This document shows positions 36,719 through 46,914 of a stretch of 64,000 nucleotides of DNA, piece after piece (within the stretch, counting starts at the first letter, position 1; the number at the start of each line of letters is the position of its first letter). This DNA is from a virus. Taxonomy: Duplodnaviria; Caudoviricetes. Made by a program: the position numbers and the translations under genes. The notes under the pieces were generated by a model, which saw nothing but the letters and a program-made list of their open reading frames with translations, had not been told where the DNA came from and made no database searches. The stretch is taken from positions 5,587 through 69,586 of the IMG/VR virus record IMGVR_UViG_3300020016_000005; one strand, 5' to 3'.

Positions 36719-38702
36719 TAGTTCCTGCCTCAAGTGACTCGATACGAGTCATGGCTTCCTGAAGTGCCTTAGTCAGAGCAGCAATCACAGTCATTGGATC
36801 GGGTGACTGGATTGCGTTAGGGTCATCCTTGACAGTGGTCGCTGCGCTTTCAACTAACGTCTCCTGAAGCTCATGCGCAATGAAACCCCATCGTTCTATA
36901 TCATCTCCTGCAAAGAATGGCAGTCCTGTTCTCTGTTCTGTCTCTAGCTGAGAAACAGGAGTGTAGTCTTTATGCGTGTACCTGATCGGTCGTAGCTCCT
37001 TTACAGTATCCCACATAGAAGTAAGACCGACAACATCTTTCTTGATACGGTAATCGGACCCAGCCACTACGTTACCGACATAAACACCACTGATAAAAAG
37101 AGCACCACCTGGCCAGTTAATCGCAAAGACGTAACCTGAGCTAGCACCGCCTGCATTGCAAGCATAACCCTGAGCTGAAGATATATAAGTATCAGAATTG
37201 ATATATCCTCCAGCAACACTGAAACGAGGTGTAAAGCATGTCAACTGATGATCGTTCTGAATCTGAAACCGTGCGCAATAATCTTCACCATGACCTGCAT
37301 ATCGGAAGTCCATGTACTGGACACCCTCAATAGCTGTCACATCAATGATGCTGCCTCCTGCAATACCACCGGCTGTCCCGGTGCAGTTTCCATTGACGTT
37401 TCCGTTGAACGCACCGTTGAAGGATCCTGCATAGACAGCGTTACCTTGAAAACTAACTGTACCAGAAAGATCAATCGACATGCGTACATTGGTTGATGCA
37501 TCACGAATATAATAAGCACCATCTGCCTGTGGCCCGGTGTACCAAGTCCGCGTACCTGTCACAGTTTGCGCTAGACGAGCATGAGCGCCGTTTGCCACAG
37601 TCAGAGAAAGGGAATCTTGTCCTGTGACATTGACTGCCGGTGCAGTCAAGCCACCACTCATAGTGTCGCCGGTTTTTAAGACATAAGAACCGACGCGTGC
37701 ATCGACGTATTGCTTCGTGGCAACACCCAAGGGAACTAAAGGGTCACGTGTGACCTCTACCGTACTGTCTGCTCGTTTGATCGTTAGAGGATTATTGATA
37801 ACGGTACCGGTATCATCACAAGCCTGAATATAGAAATCTGCCCCAGCCCCATAGGCCATCAAGAGATTCCAACGCGCAGACCCACCTCGCATAGCTGTGA
37901 GGTATGTTCCATTGGAATCAATGCCATTAACTGTGATCTTTGGAATAGATTTATCAATGCGAATATCGCCGTCAGTAGTAAGTAGACCTGTCTTACGTGA
38001 AATGTTGATCCCACCGATAGCGGCTGCTGCATCACTATATCGAGCCAAACTAAAATCTGATCCAGTGTCAGCACCAGTCTCAGCTACATTCAATCCAAGA
38101 TTCATACGCCAACGGATCAGGCCGTTATTGGTTCCTTGAATGTACGACGCACCGCTAGTCTTGTTCAGCGTGATGAACGGGTTTGCCATAGTGATATTCA
38201 AAGGACCCGACATCGTATCACCAGTCTTGAGAACATATGAACCAGTTCCCATATGACTGTCGACGTATTGTTTTGTGGCGACTCCTAGAGGAGCTGTCGG
38301 ATCACCTTCTATAGTCACAAGACCGGTCTGGCGACTAATGAGAAGAGGATTGCCGATCCTTCCTCCGGAATCGTCATATCTGGATATTCTAAAATCAGAA
38401 CCTAAATTACTACCTCCTTCGGCAACATTATCTCCTAACACCACAGTCCAGCGAGATAGCCCATCTCTCAAGCCACGAATCTGAGCATCAGGTGCTCCAA
38501 TCCTGTTCAGCCCAAGCCCAGGAGTATCCTTTGAGATAATTAAATCACCGGTCATGATGTCGCCGGAGGTGTTGACGAACTCACCTCCGGTACCACCGGT
38601 ATCATCTTCCATCGCAGCCCAGCCGTACCCGTTCCAGATGTACGAGACACCGTTGGCTGTGTACTCTTGCCCAATGGAAGGTGATGCAGGAAAATCGAAC
38701 AT
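36711..38702 (-). CDS. tail fibre protein with peptidase S74 chaperone domain
   Basis: MFDFP..WNGYGW; SDYRIKK..GFIAHELQE. Confidence 0.8.
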   Translation of the reverse strand: MFDFPASPSIGQEYTANGVSYIWNGYGWAAMEDDTGGTGGEFVNTSGDIMTGDLIISKDTPGLGLNRIGAPDAQIRGLRDGLSRWTVVLGDNVAEGGSNLGSDFRISRYDDSGGRIGNPLLISRQTGLVTIEGDPTAPLGVATKQYVDSHMGTGSYVLKTGDTMSGPLNITMANPFITLNKTSGASYIQGTNNGLIRWRMNLGLNVAETGADTGSDFSLARYSDAAAAIGGINISRKTGLLTTDGDIRIDKSIPKITVNGIDSNGTYLTAMRGGSARWNLLMAYGAGADFYIQACDDTGTVINNPLTIKRADSTVEVTRDPLVPLGVATKQYVDARVGSYVLKTGDTMSGGLTAPAVNVTGQDSLSLTVANGAHARLAQTVTGTRTWYTGPQADGAYYIRDASTNVRMSIDLSGTVSFQGNAVYAGSFNGAFNGNVNGNCTGTAGGIAGGSIIDVTAIEGVQYMDFRYAGHGEDYCARFQIQNDHQLTCFTPRFSVAGGYINSDTYISSAQGYACNAGGASSGYVFAINWPGGALFISGVYVGNVVAGSDYRIKKDVVGLTSMWDTVKELRPIRYTHKDYTPVSQLETEQRTGLPFFAGDDIERWGFIAHELQETLVESAATTVKDDPNAIQSPDPMTVIAALTKALQEAMTRIESLEAGTNV

Positions 38703-38705
38703 CAG

Positions 38706-38888
38706 TTATACTCGTCGTTCAAATTCCGCTTTGGGCTGCGCCGCCCCATTCGTTTTGATATTCTGTTCAGCCTGCTGCATCGAGGCGATAGTCGCTCTCA
38801 ATACAAGTATCTGCATCTGCAGATCACCAAGAAGAAGACGAACGTTCTGTTCGACGTGTTGACTGATAGCCTGCTGCTCATCGTTCAT
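38706..38888 (-). CDS. small coiled-coil tail-associated protein
   Basis: ATGA-coupled, lies within the fibre array. Confidence 0.55.
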   Translation of the reverse strand: MNDEQQAISQHVEQNVRLLLGDLQMQILVLRATIASMQQAEQNIKTNGAAQPKAEFERRV

Positions 38889-39259
38889 TTCTTACCTCGT
38901 TTGAGTTCTTGAACTTCTTTAGCGATCTGTTCGATCGCCAACTGCATCGCTTCTAATGGATTGGGTGGCGGAGGCGGTATCGGTGGAAATGGTACATCAA
39001 CAACCACTCCATCGATATACCGCGCAGACCCTTGTTTAACCAGTAACTCTTTCCACACCTCCTCAGTGATCTCCACAGCTTCCAAAGGTATCTTTGCACT
39101 GCGAGCATTCTCATTCACGGGCGGATAAATGTCATTCGTATAGAATGCCATGGCCCTACCTTCCGTATCGAATAGGCCATAATAGCGCAGAACAAGATCA
39201 GCCATTCCCACTGGTGTCTCAGGAACGATAATTGGCTGTTCTGTCTTCTCATCAGTCAT
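38885..39259 (-). CDS. tail fibre assembly protein-like
   Basis: AFYTNDIYP..IPLEAVEITEEVWKELL pattern typical of Tfa-like N-termini. Confidence 0.65.
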   Translation of the reverse strand: MTDEKTEQPIIVPETPVGMADLVLRYYGLFDTEGRAMAFYTNDIYPPVNENARSAKIPLEAVEITEEVWKELLVKQGSARYIDGVVVDVPFPPIPPPPPNPLEAMQLAIEQIAKEVQELKRGKK

Positions 39260-41376
39260 CAATACCCCCACGCTATATATCTGTATTCCTGAGTAGCCAC
39301 ACCCACAGCTCCACCTGTGTTAACGTATCTTGGTTGAAAGAAAAATCTACTAGGTTCAAACGCCTGACTATTACAAGTGATTGAACCTCCATCTTGCAAC
39401 GCCGCTACACCTGTACAGACTACTCCAATACACAGATTTGGAAATGCTACCGGAAACGTAACCCATCCATTGCCCATACTAACAGGGCATGTACCAAACA
39501 CGAGCATCACTCCGCTAGTCAATCTGAAATAGTTAGAATTGTTCGGACACACTCCTTCATGGAACAGCTTATGGGCAACGCCGCCCATACTCCATCCGCC
39601 GACCTTCCAAAATACATCAGTATCGATACCAAAATTGGCAGCAAATGATCCAGGGCGATGAAATGCCATAAAGGCGCCGTCACCAACACCACCCCCACTC
39701 TTGACTTCCAGTGCCTGTGATCCGGAAGATGCTGCTATCGTGCCTGTACTAAATCCGACACTAGCTTTATTATCCGCACCTAAAAAACCTTTGACAGTAG
39801 CCGCACCATCAACAGTTAGATTTGAATTTAGTCTGACAGGCTTACCAAACAGATTGAGAGTGGCCCCATCGTTCTGTAGATAAGTTCCGCCAGTAGTACC
39901 TAGATAGACAATACCTGTATCATTACCACCATGACACCAGATTCCTCCAGTCGTGAATGAAGCTGATCCACCATACTGAGTAACTGTTCCGTTAAGATTT
40001 ATTGAACCGTTAAGATATATGGTACTATTAGATCGCGTAATCTGAAAAGGTGTACCCAGATATGCACCTGCGTCACTATAACGATGGATCATAAATTCTG
40101 ATCCAGCGTCAGCTCCACTTTCTGAACCAAAATCACCTAATCGTACATGCCAACGATCTACTCCATTCATCTGTCCAACGATTTGATTACCATCAGCGCC
40201 AGTAGCCTTATTGAATATAAGTGCAGGTGAATTAGTATTTATCTGTATCTTCGAACTATAGAATTTAACTATTCCAGCATTATCTATATTCAATCTCTCA
40301 GTCAGCGCACCATTATCGATCTTCGTATAGAACTGAAGTATGCCACCTCTATTACCAGCTGTTCCAACAGCTGAACCAATGATACCTGCAACTTGTTTAT
40401 TAACTACAGGAGTATTGGTATCCGCGATGAAACCAACGTGGCCAACGACACTATTTGACGCATCTAATCCACTAGCTAACTCTAGATATCCTCGATCTGT
40501 AGGATTATAGACAGTAAGGTGATTCTTAAATGTAGGAAGAACAGATGAAACTATACCTGGAGTAGATGTTCCCACTCCAACATGACCCTCTGGAAGAATA
40601 GTTAACTGAGTCTTAAGTACACCAGCATTCCAAAGACTGAACTCCATACGGCCTGAAGCATCATTATTATGCCTGGATACACCAATAGTTCCAATTCGTT
40701 TATCCGCAGCAGTGTTTGATTGATTGCTAAATGAAATGTGACCAACAGGAAAATTCGTTGTGCTGTTACCAGTAAGATCAAGAGCAGCAAGTGAATTAGG
40801 TACATTATCAGATCTGATATTCAATACGCGCGCAGGAGCAGTATATATTGAAAATATCGATGGAGTAACACCACCAAGACTTGCATTTCCAGTTATTCCA
40901 TCAATATGAAATAATGTAGTAAGTACTCCATCAGTTGGAGTTGACCCGGCACCATGCCTTACAAATTTGAAACCTACTGGACCCTCATTCGCAATCAAAA
41001 GGTTATATGATGGAAATGCAGGGTATGTCTTTATCCCGCTCAGTACACCCGCATTGGATAGTTCAACACGACCACCCTGTCCGATACCGGATTGTTGGGC
41101 TCCCGCCACAGCATTGCTGTATGCTTGAAATTGATGATTTGCATCTACATAAACTCGTAGAACACCGCTATTCGTTATATTGAGAGCGCCGGTCATAAGA
41201 TCGCCGGCAGCGTTAACAAACCGGGCGTCACTCTCTGACTTGTTATAGGCGTCTATTACTTCCCCACTCGTATCTTCTTCGATCTTGATTGCCCAACCAT
41301 AGCCATTCCAGACATAGCTCACGCCGCCAGACGTGTACTCCTGACCTGGAACTGGACCGGACGGGAAGTCAAACAT
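39259..41376 (-). CDS. long tail fibre protein (gp53-like C-terminus)
   Basis: MFDFP..WNGYGW; AFMAFHRPG..FGIDTD..KVGGWSMG; VTFPVAFPN..YRYIAWGY. Confidence 0.8.
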   Translation of the reverse strand: MFDFPSGPVPGQEYTSGGVSYVWNGYGWAIKIEEDTSGEVIDAYNKSESDARFVNAAGDLMTGALNITNSGVLRVYVDANHQFQAYSNAVAGAQQSGIGQGGRVELSNAGVLSGIKTYPAFPSYNLLIANEGPVGFKFVRHGAGSTPTDGVLTTLFHIDGITGNASLGGVTPSIFSIYTAPARVLNIRSDNVPNSLAALDLTGNSTTNFPVGHISFSNQSNTAADKRIGTIGVSRHNNDASGRMEFSLWNAGVLKTQLTILPEGHVGVGTSTPGIVSSVLPTFKNHLTVYNPTDRGYLELASGLDASNSVVGHVGFIADTNTPVVNKQVAGIIGSAVGTAGNRGGILQFYTKIDNGALTERLNIDNAGIVKFYSSKIQINTNSPALIFNKATGADGNQIVGQMNGVDRWHVRLGDFGSESGADAGSEFMIHRYSDAGAYLGTPFQITRSNSTIYLNGSINLNGTVTQYGGSASFTTGGIWCHGGNDTGIVYLGTTGGTYLQNDGATLNLFGKPVRLNSNLTVDGAATVKGFLGADNKASVGFSTGTIAASSGSQALEVKSGGGVGDGAFMAFHRPGSFAANFGIDTDVFWKVGGWSMGGVAHKLFHEGVCPNNSNYFRLTSGVMLVFGTCPVSMGNGWVTFPVAFPNLCIGVVCTGVAALQDGGSITCNSQAFEPSRFFFQPRYVNTGGAVGVATQEYRYIAWGY

Positions 41377-42476
41377 CAGATCTTCTTTCCAAGTAGCTTC
41401 AACAACGCAGATTCAAGCTCACTGACACGTTTTCGTAGTGCCTTCATCTCTTGAAGCAGAATTGGAACATACTTGGAATAGTCAACACCCCAAAAGTCAT
41501 AACCCTCAGTCACCTTGACATGAGTGACCGCCATTGGATAAACTGTGATTGCCTGCTGAGCAATGACACCATAGCTGCGATCTGTGGTCCCCTTCCATGC
41601 AAAATCATAGACGTTGGTGCTGTCAATGATGCGCCCGGAATCAAAGTCTCGAAGATCCTCTTTATGTTCTCCACTTGATCCGGTATTGTAGGCCACAGCA
41701 ATTGGTGTCTGATAGATGTTCCCAATGGCAGTTCCCGCAGCATTGTAGAACAGGAGAGCAGTAGTCTCATCAGCCGCTGGTCGAAGAGCAATACCGTTCT
41801 GAACAGCAGCGCCTGGATAACTGATCTTAAGCCCGGCTGCCAAGGTTGGCATCGGATCAGGACCAATCTCGATAGGCGCACCAAATCTTGAGATGCCTGT
41901 AGCGCGACTTATCTTCAGAACAGGAGTTCCAATAATGACACCGGGATCGTCATAACGATAAATCGTAAGATCACTTCCCGTACCTCCGCCACTTTCTACA
42001 GCTTGATCACCTGGTTGAATAATCCAGCGGCGTGTACTATTGACCATGCCGACCAGACCACCGGCCGCAGCTTCGGTGTTATTCAGATATAGACCTGGAG
42101 ATCCCTTACTGATGATAATGTCACCAGACATGTTACCGCCGACGAGAGGTAGATATTCGCCTGTCGCTCCGCCACCTGTATTTCCACCGCTGTTGACCTG
42201 AACCCATTGCTTGGAGTTCCCATCGTCATAATAGAACCAGAGAACTCCTGAGTCAGTCTCCCACCACAATTGACCAGGTGCGGGAGCCATTGGAGGAGCG
42301 TCACCAATGGCAATACCTCCACCAATCAATTTTCGTTCTGATGGATCAATCGACGATGGAACACCAACCCAAAGCCTAGTTGGATTAGCCATCTCGATAG
42401 AAAGTTCGCCTGGCAAAAGTCCGATCGGACTGGAACCGGGTACTGAAGTTCTTTTGATCTGGATAGGTACGACCAT
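41376..42476 (-). CDS. tail fibre/adaptor protein with S74-like C-terminus
   Basis: IQIKRTS..PGELSI; GQLWWETD module; GVIAQ..DYSKYVPILLQEMK. Confidence 0.75.
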   Translation of the reverse strand: MVVPIQIKRTSVPGSSPIGLLPGELSIEMANPTRLWVGVPSSIDPSERKLIGGGIAIGDAPPMAPAPGQLWWETDSGVLWFYYDDGNSKQWVQVNSGGNTGGGATGEYLPLVGGNMSGDIIISKGSPGLYLNNTEAAAGGLVGMVNSTRRWIIQPGDQAVESGGGTGSDLTIYRYDDPGVIIGTPVLKISRATGISRFGAPIEIGPDPMPTLAAGLKISYPGAAVQNGIALRPAADETTALLFYNAAGTAIGNIYQTPIAVAYNTGSSGEHKEDLRDFDSGRIIDSTNVYDFAWKGTTDRSYGVIAQQAITVYPMAVTHVKVTEGYDFWGVDYSKYVPILLQEMKALRKRVSELESALLKLLGKKI

Positions 42477-42486
42477 CTATATGTCC

Positions 42487-43656
42487 TCAGTACGTTCCAC
42501 CGTCGATCGACACTAGTTCAAGTCCAGACGTTGAAAGACCGTTACCGCGCAGTGCTGTAATAGAATTAGGAGCAATCGTGATACCGGTGAAAGTGATAGG
42601 ACTGGCTGCTTGTCCATTTCCAGTCAACTCGGGTGCTGTCACAGCAACGATAGGATTGGCAATCGCTGCATCTTGTTCTGTATTCTTGGCATCGAGTGCC
42701 ACGAGAGCTTCTTGGACATCGTCAGCTCCGGCTACAGCCGGAGAAACAATAACAGCAGAAGCTGTGACCGTAGACATAGGTCCAAATGGAAGATGTGTCC
42801 ATTCAACACCGTCGGAGAGCAGCCAGTCACTCTTCTCGTAGTTTGGAAGACCATTAATGGTACCGCCCGGAGGAACTGAACCAGCCGTATCACAGATAAG
42901 ATACCAACCTTTATTAGCAAGCGCCGGAACAGGCAAAACGTTACCGCTCATACCAGACGTTGCGGTCCATACAATCGATCCATCATCAGCAGCGAACGAT
43001 CCAACAAATTCGCTAGATGCAGCTAGAGCATCAACTGCTCCCTTCAACTCGTTAATAGCCGGAACGATCTTTGGAGTCAAACTTGCATCGATTTGATCAA
43101 CCCTGAGCCCAGTGAGAGCCATAGTATTGAACGGGGTTCCGAACGCTTCATTAGTAGCGCCGGCGATCATCTCCGTCTCAGTAGCAGCACGCACAACGTC
43201 GCCGCTCTCACCACTCTGGGTTCCGTTGACCTTCACCCACTGAGTGGAATTGCCGTCATTGTACCAGAGCCACATTACTGCGGTATCACTCTCCCACCAC
43301 AGTTGGTTCGGCTGCGGATTTGGCGGAGGTGTATCACTGACGACAACAAACTTGAGGTGAAGCAATCCCCAGGCGGTAAACGATGCACACAGGTTCTTGA
43401 GCGAGCTGCAATCCCAAGGTCCATCAGGATCGAGACATTCCGCAAAGCTGAGCAGCTCCGAAACAATCGCGTTGACCTGCTTCGGTTCTATCCGCGCATC
43501 GCAGTCTGCCGGAAGTGCTGTCAACTCGCAGTTAGACAGGAACGCAGGCAGAGGTGGATAGGCGTTCTGCACATCAGGTGGATGAGTGGGATTACCCGCC
43601 GCATCGCGGTAAACGACTGCACCTGCGGTTTCGAGCTCTGGAAGAATACCTGGCAT
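42487..43656 (-). CDS. baseplate-attached tail fibre/adaptor protein
   Basis: Follows the wedge gene; Cys anchor; QLWWESD module; RAATETE motif. Confidence 0.7.
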   Translation of the reverse strand: MPGILPELETAGAVVYRDAAGNPTHPPDVQNAYPPLPAFLSNCELTALPADCDARIEPKQVNAIVSELLSFAECLDPDGPWDCSSLKNLCASFTAWGLLHLKFVVVSDTPPPNPQPNQLWWESDTAVMWLWYNDGNSTQWVKVNGTQSGESGDVVRAATETEMIAGATNEAFGTPFNTMALTGLRVDQIDASLTPKIVPAINELKGAVDALAASSEFVGSFAADDGSIVWTATSGMSGNVLPVPALANKGWYLICDTAGSVPPGGTINGLPNYEKSDWLLSDGVEWTHLPFGPMSTVTASAVIVSPAVAGADDVQEALVALDAKNTEQDAAIANPIVAVTAPELTGNGQAASPITFTGITIAPNSITALRGNGLSTSGLELVSIDGGTY

Positions 43657-43657
43657 T

Positions 43658-44602
43658 TCAGCAGCCCCGTGTGATGTTAGGTGGGCAACTTGTAGGAAGC
43701 ATCGAACGAATGATGCATTCTGCGGCTAGAACTCCCGGCCATATCTGATCAGGAAGACCCGCTGGTTTGTCACAAGCGCGATCCCACACTGCTGAAACTT
43801 TATCAGGAGGTTGATTCACTTCGCAGATATCTCCAGACCCTACTCCCTCGAGCCAGTCTTGACTATGAATAATCTGAAATGCAACATCTGAACAGTTATA
43901 CACATCGCACGGATCAGGTAGCGATTGATCAGGAGCGGGAGGTGGATAGATTGGTACGATCTTGGCACCAAGAGGTTCAATGATCCAATTTAGACCGCAT
44001 AGGTTTTTGATTATCCCCATGTTGGCTCTACTTAGGGCAGTGACGATTCCTTTCTTAACCGCAGCTTCTAGTTCGGGTGGAAAATCAACTTCACAAAACA
44101 CAGGACCACATTCAGTCCAGATCTCGTAAGGAGTCAGTTCTCCAAGTAGAACAGAACGACAATGTTGACGATAACAATCTTCCCAATGCAGACGCGCAAG
44201 ATGCGCGTCGAGTGTAGTAACGGCCGTGGTGGGATTGCTCTCCCTAAAAGCAGGCCAAAGCGCATTGTGAACGACATGACGTAATCTAAGAACTGTATAG
44301 ATAGCATGCAAGATCAAAGACGGACAAGATGGATCTTTGACAATAGGACATTCAGCAGGATCATCATTTCTTTCGAAATAACTGATCGCAGCCGCCTTCC
44401 AATAGTCCCACATAGGTCCAGAAGGAAGTAGATTAAAGAATGCCACAAAGGTACAGCACAGATCATTTCCACAAAGCGGAGGAGGACAACAGCCCTCATA
44501 CTCAGGTACTCTAAATGGAACACATCCATCCGCACCCAGTATAGTAACTGGTATCATCGCCATTGGCGGCGTACCGCTTAATGGCGGAGAAGATCTCAAC
44601 AT
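43658..44602 (-). CDS. baseplate wedge protein (Mu gp48-like position)
   Basis: Follows baseplate J; LLPSGPMWD motif; about 20 Cys; start may be 44563. Confidence 0.7.
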   Translation of the reverse strand: MLRSSPPLSGTPPMAMIPVTILGADGCVPFRVPEYEGCCPPPLCGNDLCCTFVAFFNLLPSGPMWDYWKAAAISYFERNDDPAECPIVKDPSCPSLILHAIYTVLRLRHVVHNALWPAFRESNPTTAVTTLDAHLARLHWEDCYRQHCRSVLLGELTPYEIWTECGPVFCEVDFPPELEAAVKKGIVTALSRANMGIIKNLCGLNWIIEPLGAKIVPIYPPPAPDQSLPDPCDVYNCSDVAFQIIHSQDWLEGVGSGDICEVNQPPDKVSAVWDRACDKPAGLPDQIWPGVLAAECIIRSMLPTSCPPNITRGC

Positions 44603-45819
44603 GGGGGCCTCATCGATTCAGGCCCAGAATAGGAGATCTCATTAAGACAAGGTAGAACATCACACTCAGGCTCAAGATCCCCGCATGAAGTGACCCAGAC
44701 ATCTTCTCGAGGATAAGGAGGAATCTTATCTTCGTAGCCGACTATTTCGAAGTGAGCTGAGGCATTGATCTCCGGTCCAATAACTGAAGCTATGATCAAA
44801 TCAATCTGCTTGACTCTAAGAGGCATCGAAGGACAGATTCTCAAAAACAACTCGGTAATATAATCAGATATGATCTGTTTCTGTGCTGTACTTGGACAGC
44901 CAGCGATATCAATGATAACGTTCACTGGAAGCGGTTTCGGAACGAACACCTGTCCGCACACACCTATCTCCACCTGACCTTCGCCGTAGCCTTGATGCTC
45001 TCCGAACATCCAGTTTGTAATGTCGTCGACAACATGTTGAGGAGGAATCCCGCAAGGAAATACTCCATCAAACAGGACATAGAACTGCATCATGTTTCCA
45101 CAGTTCTTACAACCGAAATCACCGCACTCTCCACCACAACGGCAGCAGGCACCTTCTCGAACACAGACTCGAGATACGCAAGGGTATTCCATAAACTTTT
45201 CTTTGATCCATGCCATCGTAGCACGGGGCTGATACGCCAAACGTTCAAGATATCGTTTTCTAAATTCTTCACAAGTTTCTTCACCTGCTCCGCCACAGAA
45301 TTGGCCACCGCAAATCTGTACATCGGTATCGATTCCAGGAGCCGGGGTAACCAGAGTTCCTTCAGTCACCCCACCGTTTGAATTCATCTCTGATCCAGGT
45401 GTCAGAGCTCGAATATGAATAACTAATTTTCCCTCTGAAGATAACTGAAGCGGAACAGAACCAACAGAAACGAACGTCCCAATCTCAGTTAAGATCTCAA
45501 GATATGGAGGAACAGGACTTTCAGGAACACCTGTTAATTTTGCATATCCCTCAGCATGGGATGGCGGGCGCGGGTATACTCCATTCTGCGCTGCCATCTT
45601 GTAGAGATTATCGCAGCAGGCGGTCTCAGGGTTTGCCTCGCGCCACATTTGGTCAGCGACGGCGAAATATTGTTCTGCGGCAGCATAGTCGTTCGAGACG
45701 ACATACCATTCATTTGATTCGGGAATAACTTGTGCGCCACCCAAGACCGTCGATGAGAACTGATTCTTAATCTGATCGAACAGTTGCTTAGGATCTGGCC
45801 TAGGAATGACGCAGGACAT
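44596..45819 (-). CDS. baseplate J-like wedge protein (Mu gp47-like)
   Basis: ACCDNLYKMAAQNGVYPRPPSHAEG; GGAGEETCEEFRKR; about 22 Cys. Confidence 0.88.
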   Translation of the reverse strand: MSCVIPRPDPKQLFDQIKNQFSSTVLGGAQVIPESNEWYVVSNDYAAAEQYFAVADQMWREANPETACCDNLYKMAAQNGVYPRPPSHAEGYAKLTGVPESPVPPYLEILTEIGTFVSVGSVPLQLSSEGKLVIHIRALTPGSEMNSNGGVTEGTLVTPAPGIDTDVQICGGQFCGGAGEETCEEFRKRYLERLAYQPRATMAWIKEKFMEYPCVSRVCVREGACCRCGGECGDFGCKNCGNMMQFYVLFDGVFPCGIPPQHVVDDITNWMFGEHQGYGEGQVEIGVCGQVFVPKPLPVNVIIDIAGCPSTAQKQIISDYITELFLRICPSMPLRVKQIDLIIASVIGPEINASAHFEIVGYEDKIPPYPREDVWVTSCGDLEPECDVLPCLNEISYSGPESMRPPC

Positions 45820-46364
45820 CAGTTCCATACCCATGTATCGGTACTGTAAGTACCGGAAAGATTAACTGTTCGGCGGACGGAACGCAGCATAACGGTGATC
45901 GTTACATCAACTCGAGAACGACCTCGATACACAACATCAACATCAACATCATCAGCTATTTCGAGAATGATTAATTTACCAATATCGCTGCGAATAGCTG
46001 CACCGATTGCTTTGACTCCATCTAGAATCTTAGCATACGCCTTCTCAGCGACATTGTAGACACGGGTTCCGATATAGAGTCCGTCGTCTCTGTAACTCTC
46101 TGACCAGTGTCCATAGGTTCCAGCAGGTGTCGGACATTTGATATCGCTTCTAGCTCGCGTGTTAAGAATATTCAAAATAAGACTTCGAATCCAATCATCG
46201 TTAGCAATTGTTCGTCCTTCTGGTTTATCGATGTATTGAAGTCCAGGAATAGAACACTCTGCTCCACACAAATTATATCGACCACAAGAATCCATCGTCG
46301 ACCAGAACCTACGACGATTCCCCTCTGTACTGGTCAGGCAGTCTATATCATTCATTGTCGTCAT
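45819..46364 (-). CDS. baseplate protein (Mu gp46-like)
   Basis: GHWSESY..GTR motif; position before J. Confidence 0.75.
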   Translation of the reverse strand: MTTMNDIDCLTSTEGNRRRFWSTMDSCGRYNLCGAECSIPGLQYIDKPEGRTIANDDWIRSLILNILNTRARSDIKCPTPAGTYGHWSESYRDDGLYIGTRVYNVAEKAYAKILDGVKAIGAAIRSDIGKLIILEIADDVDVDVVYRGRSRVDVTITVMLRSVRRTVNLSGTYSTDTWVWN

Positions 46365-46914
46365 CTTTAGCTTCGGCTTGTTTACTGCCTTCGAAGCCAG
46401 GAATGCTTTCCTTACCGTTTACAACTTGAGGTGTCTTAACAAGCTTGTTAACAACGAGCTCGCCCTCAATAATTACTTGACTGGCACGGATATAAACTTT
46501 ATCTCCTTTGACTTCGAATTCACCTTTCTCACCGACCGCAAACTTATTCTTAGTCAGATGAGCAAGAGAATCGCTGAAGTCTAGAGCAAACGTATCATCG
46601 GTAGGATGTTGAACACCACCATGCCCCTCCATCCACCGTCGCTGTTTATCCTTCGGGATGGTAAGGATTGCCATCTTCAATGTGGTGTCAGATGAAGAAG
46701 CGAGAAGCATAACCTCAGTATTAAATTTCTCTTTGACGTTAAAAGAAACACCTCCAATATTTAGAACACCAGCTTCCTGATCTTCAGTATCGGTTCCTCG
46801 CACTTTAATAATCGAACCTGCACCTTTGATATATTCTTGCTTACCCCAGACGTGACGTTCTGTTCCGTCATTGATATCCCTCGAACGTTCACGATAGCGA
46901 GTAAAACTGGTCAT
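46348..46914 (-). CDS. baseplate central spike (Mu gp45-like)
   Basis: OB-fold-like N-terminus plus short beta repeats; ATGA-coupled. Confidence 0.7.
   Translation of the reverse strand: MTSFTRYRERSRDINDGTERHVWGKQEYIKGAGSIIKVRGTDTEDQEAGVLNIGGVSFNVKEKFNTEVMLLASSSDTTLKMAILTIPKDKQRRWMEGHGGVQHPTDDTFALDFSDSLAHLTKNKFAVGEKGEFEVKGDKVYIRASQVIIEGELVVNKLVKTPQVVNGKESIPGFEGSKQAEAKDDDNE

Noticed and set aside
31363-43656. Diversity-generating retroelement or invertible fibre cassette
   Set aside because: No reverse transcriptase, invertase or near-identical TR/VR pair was seen; the repeats are protein-level with diverged codons
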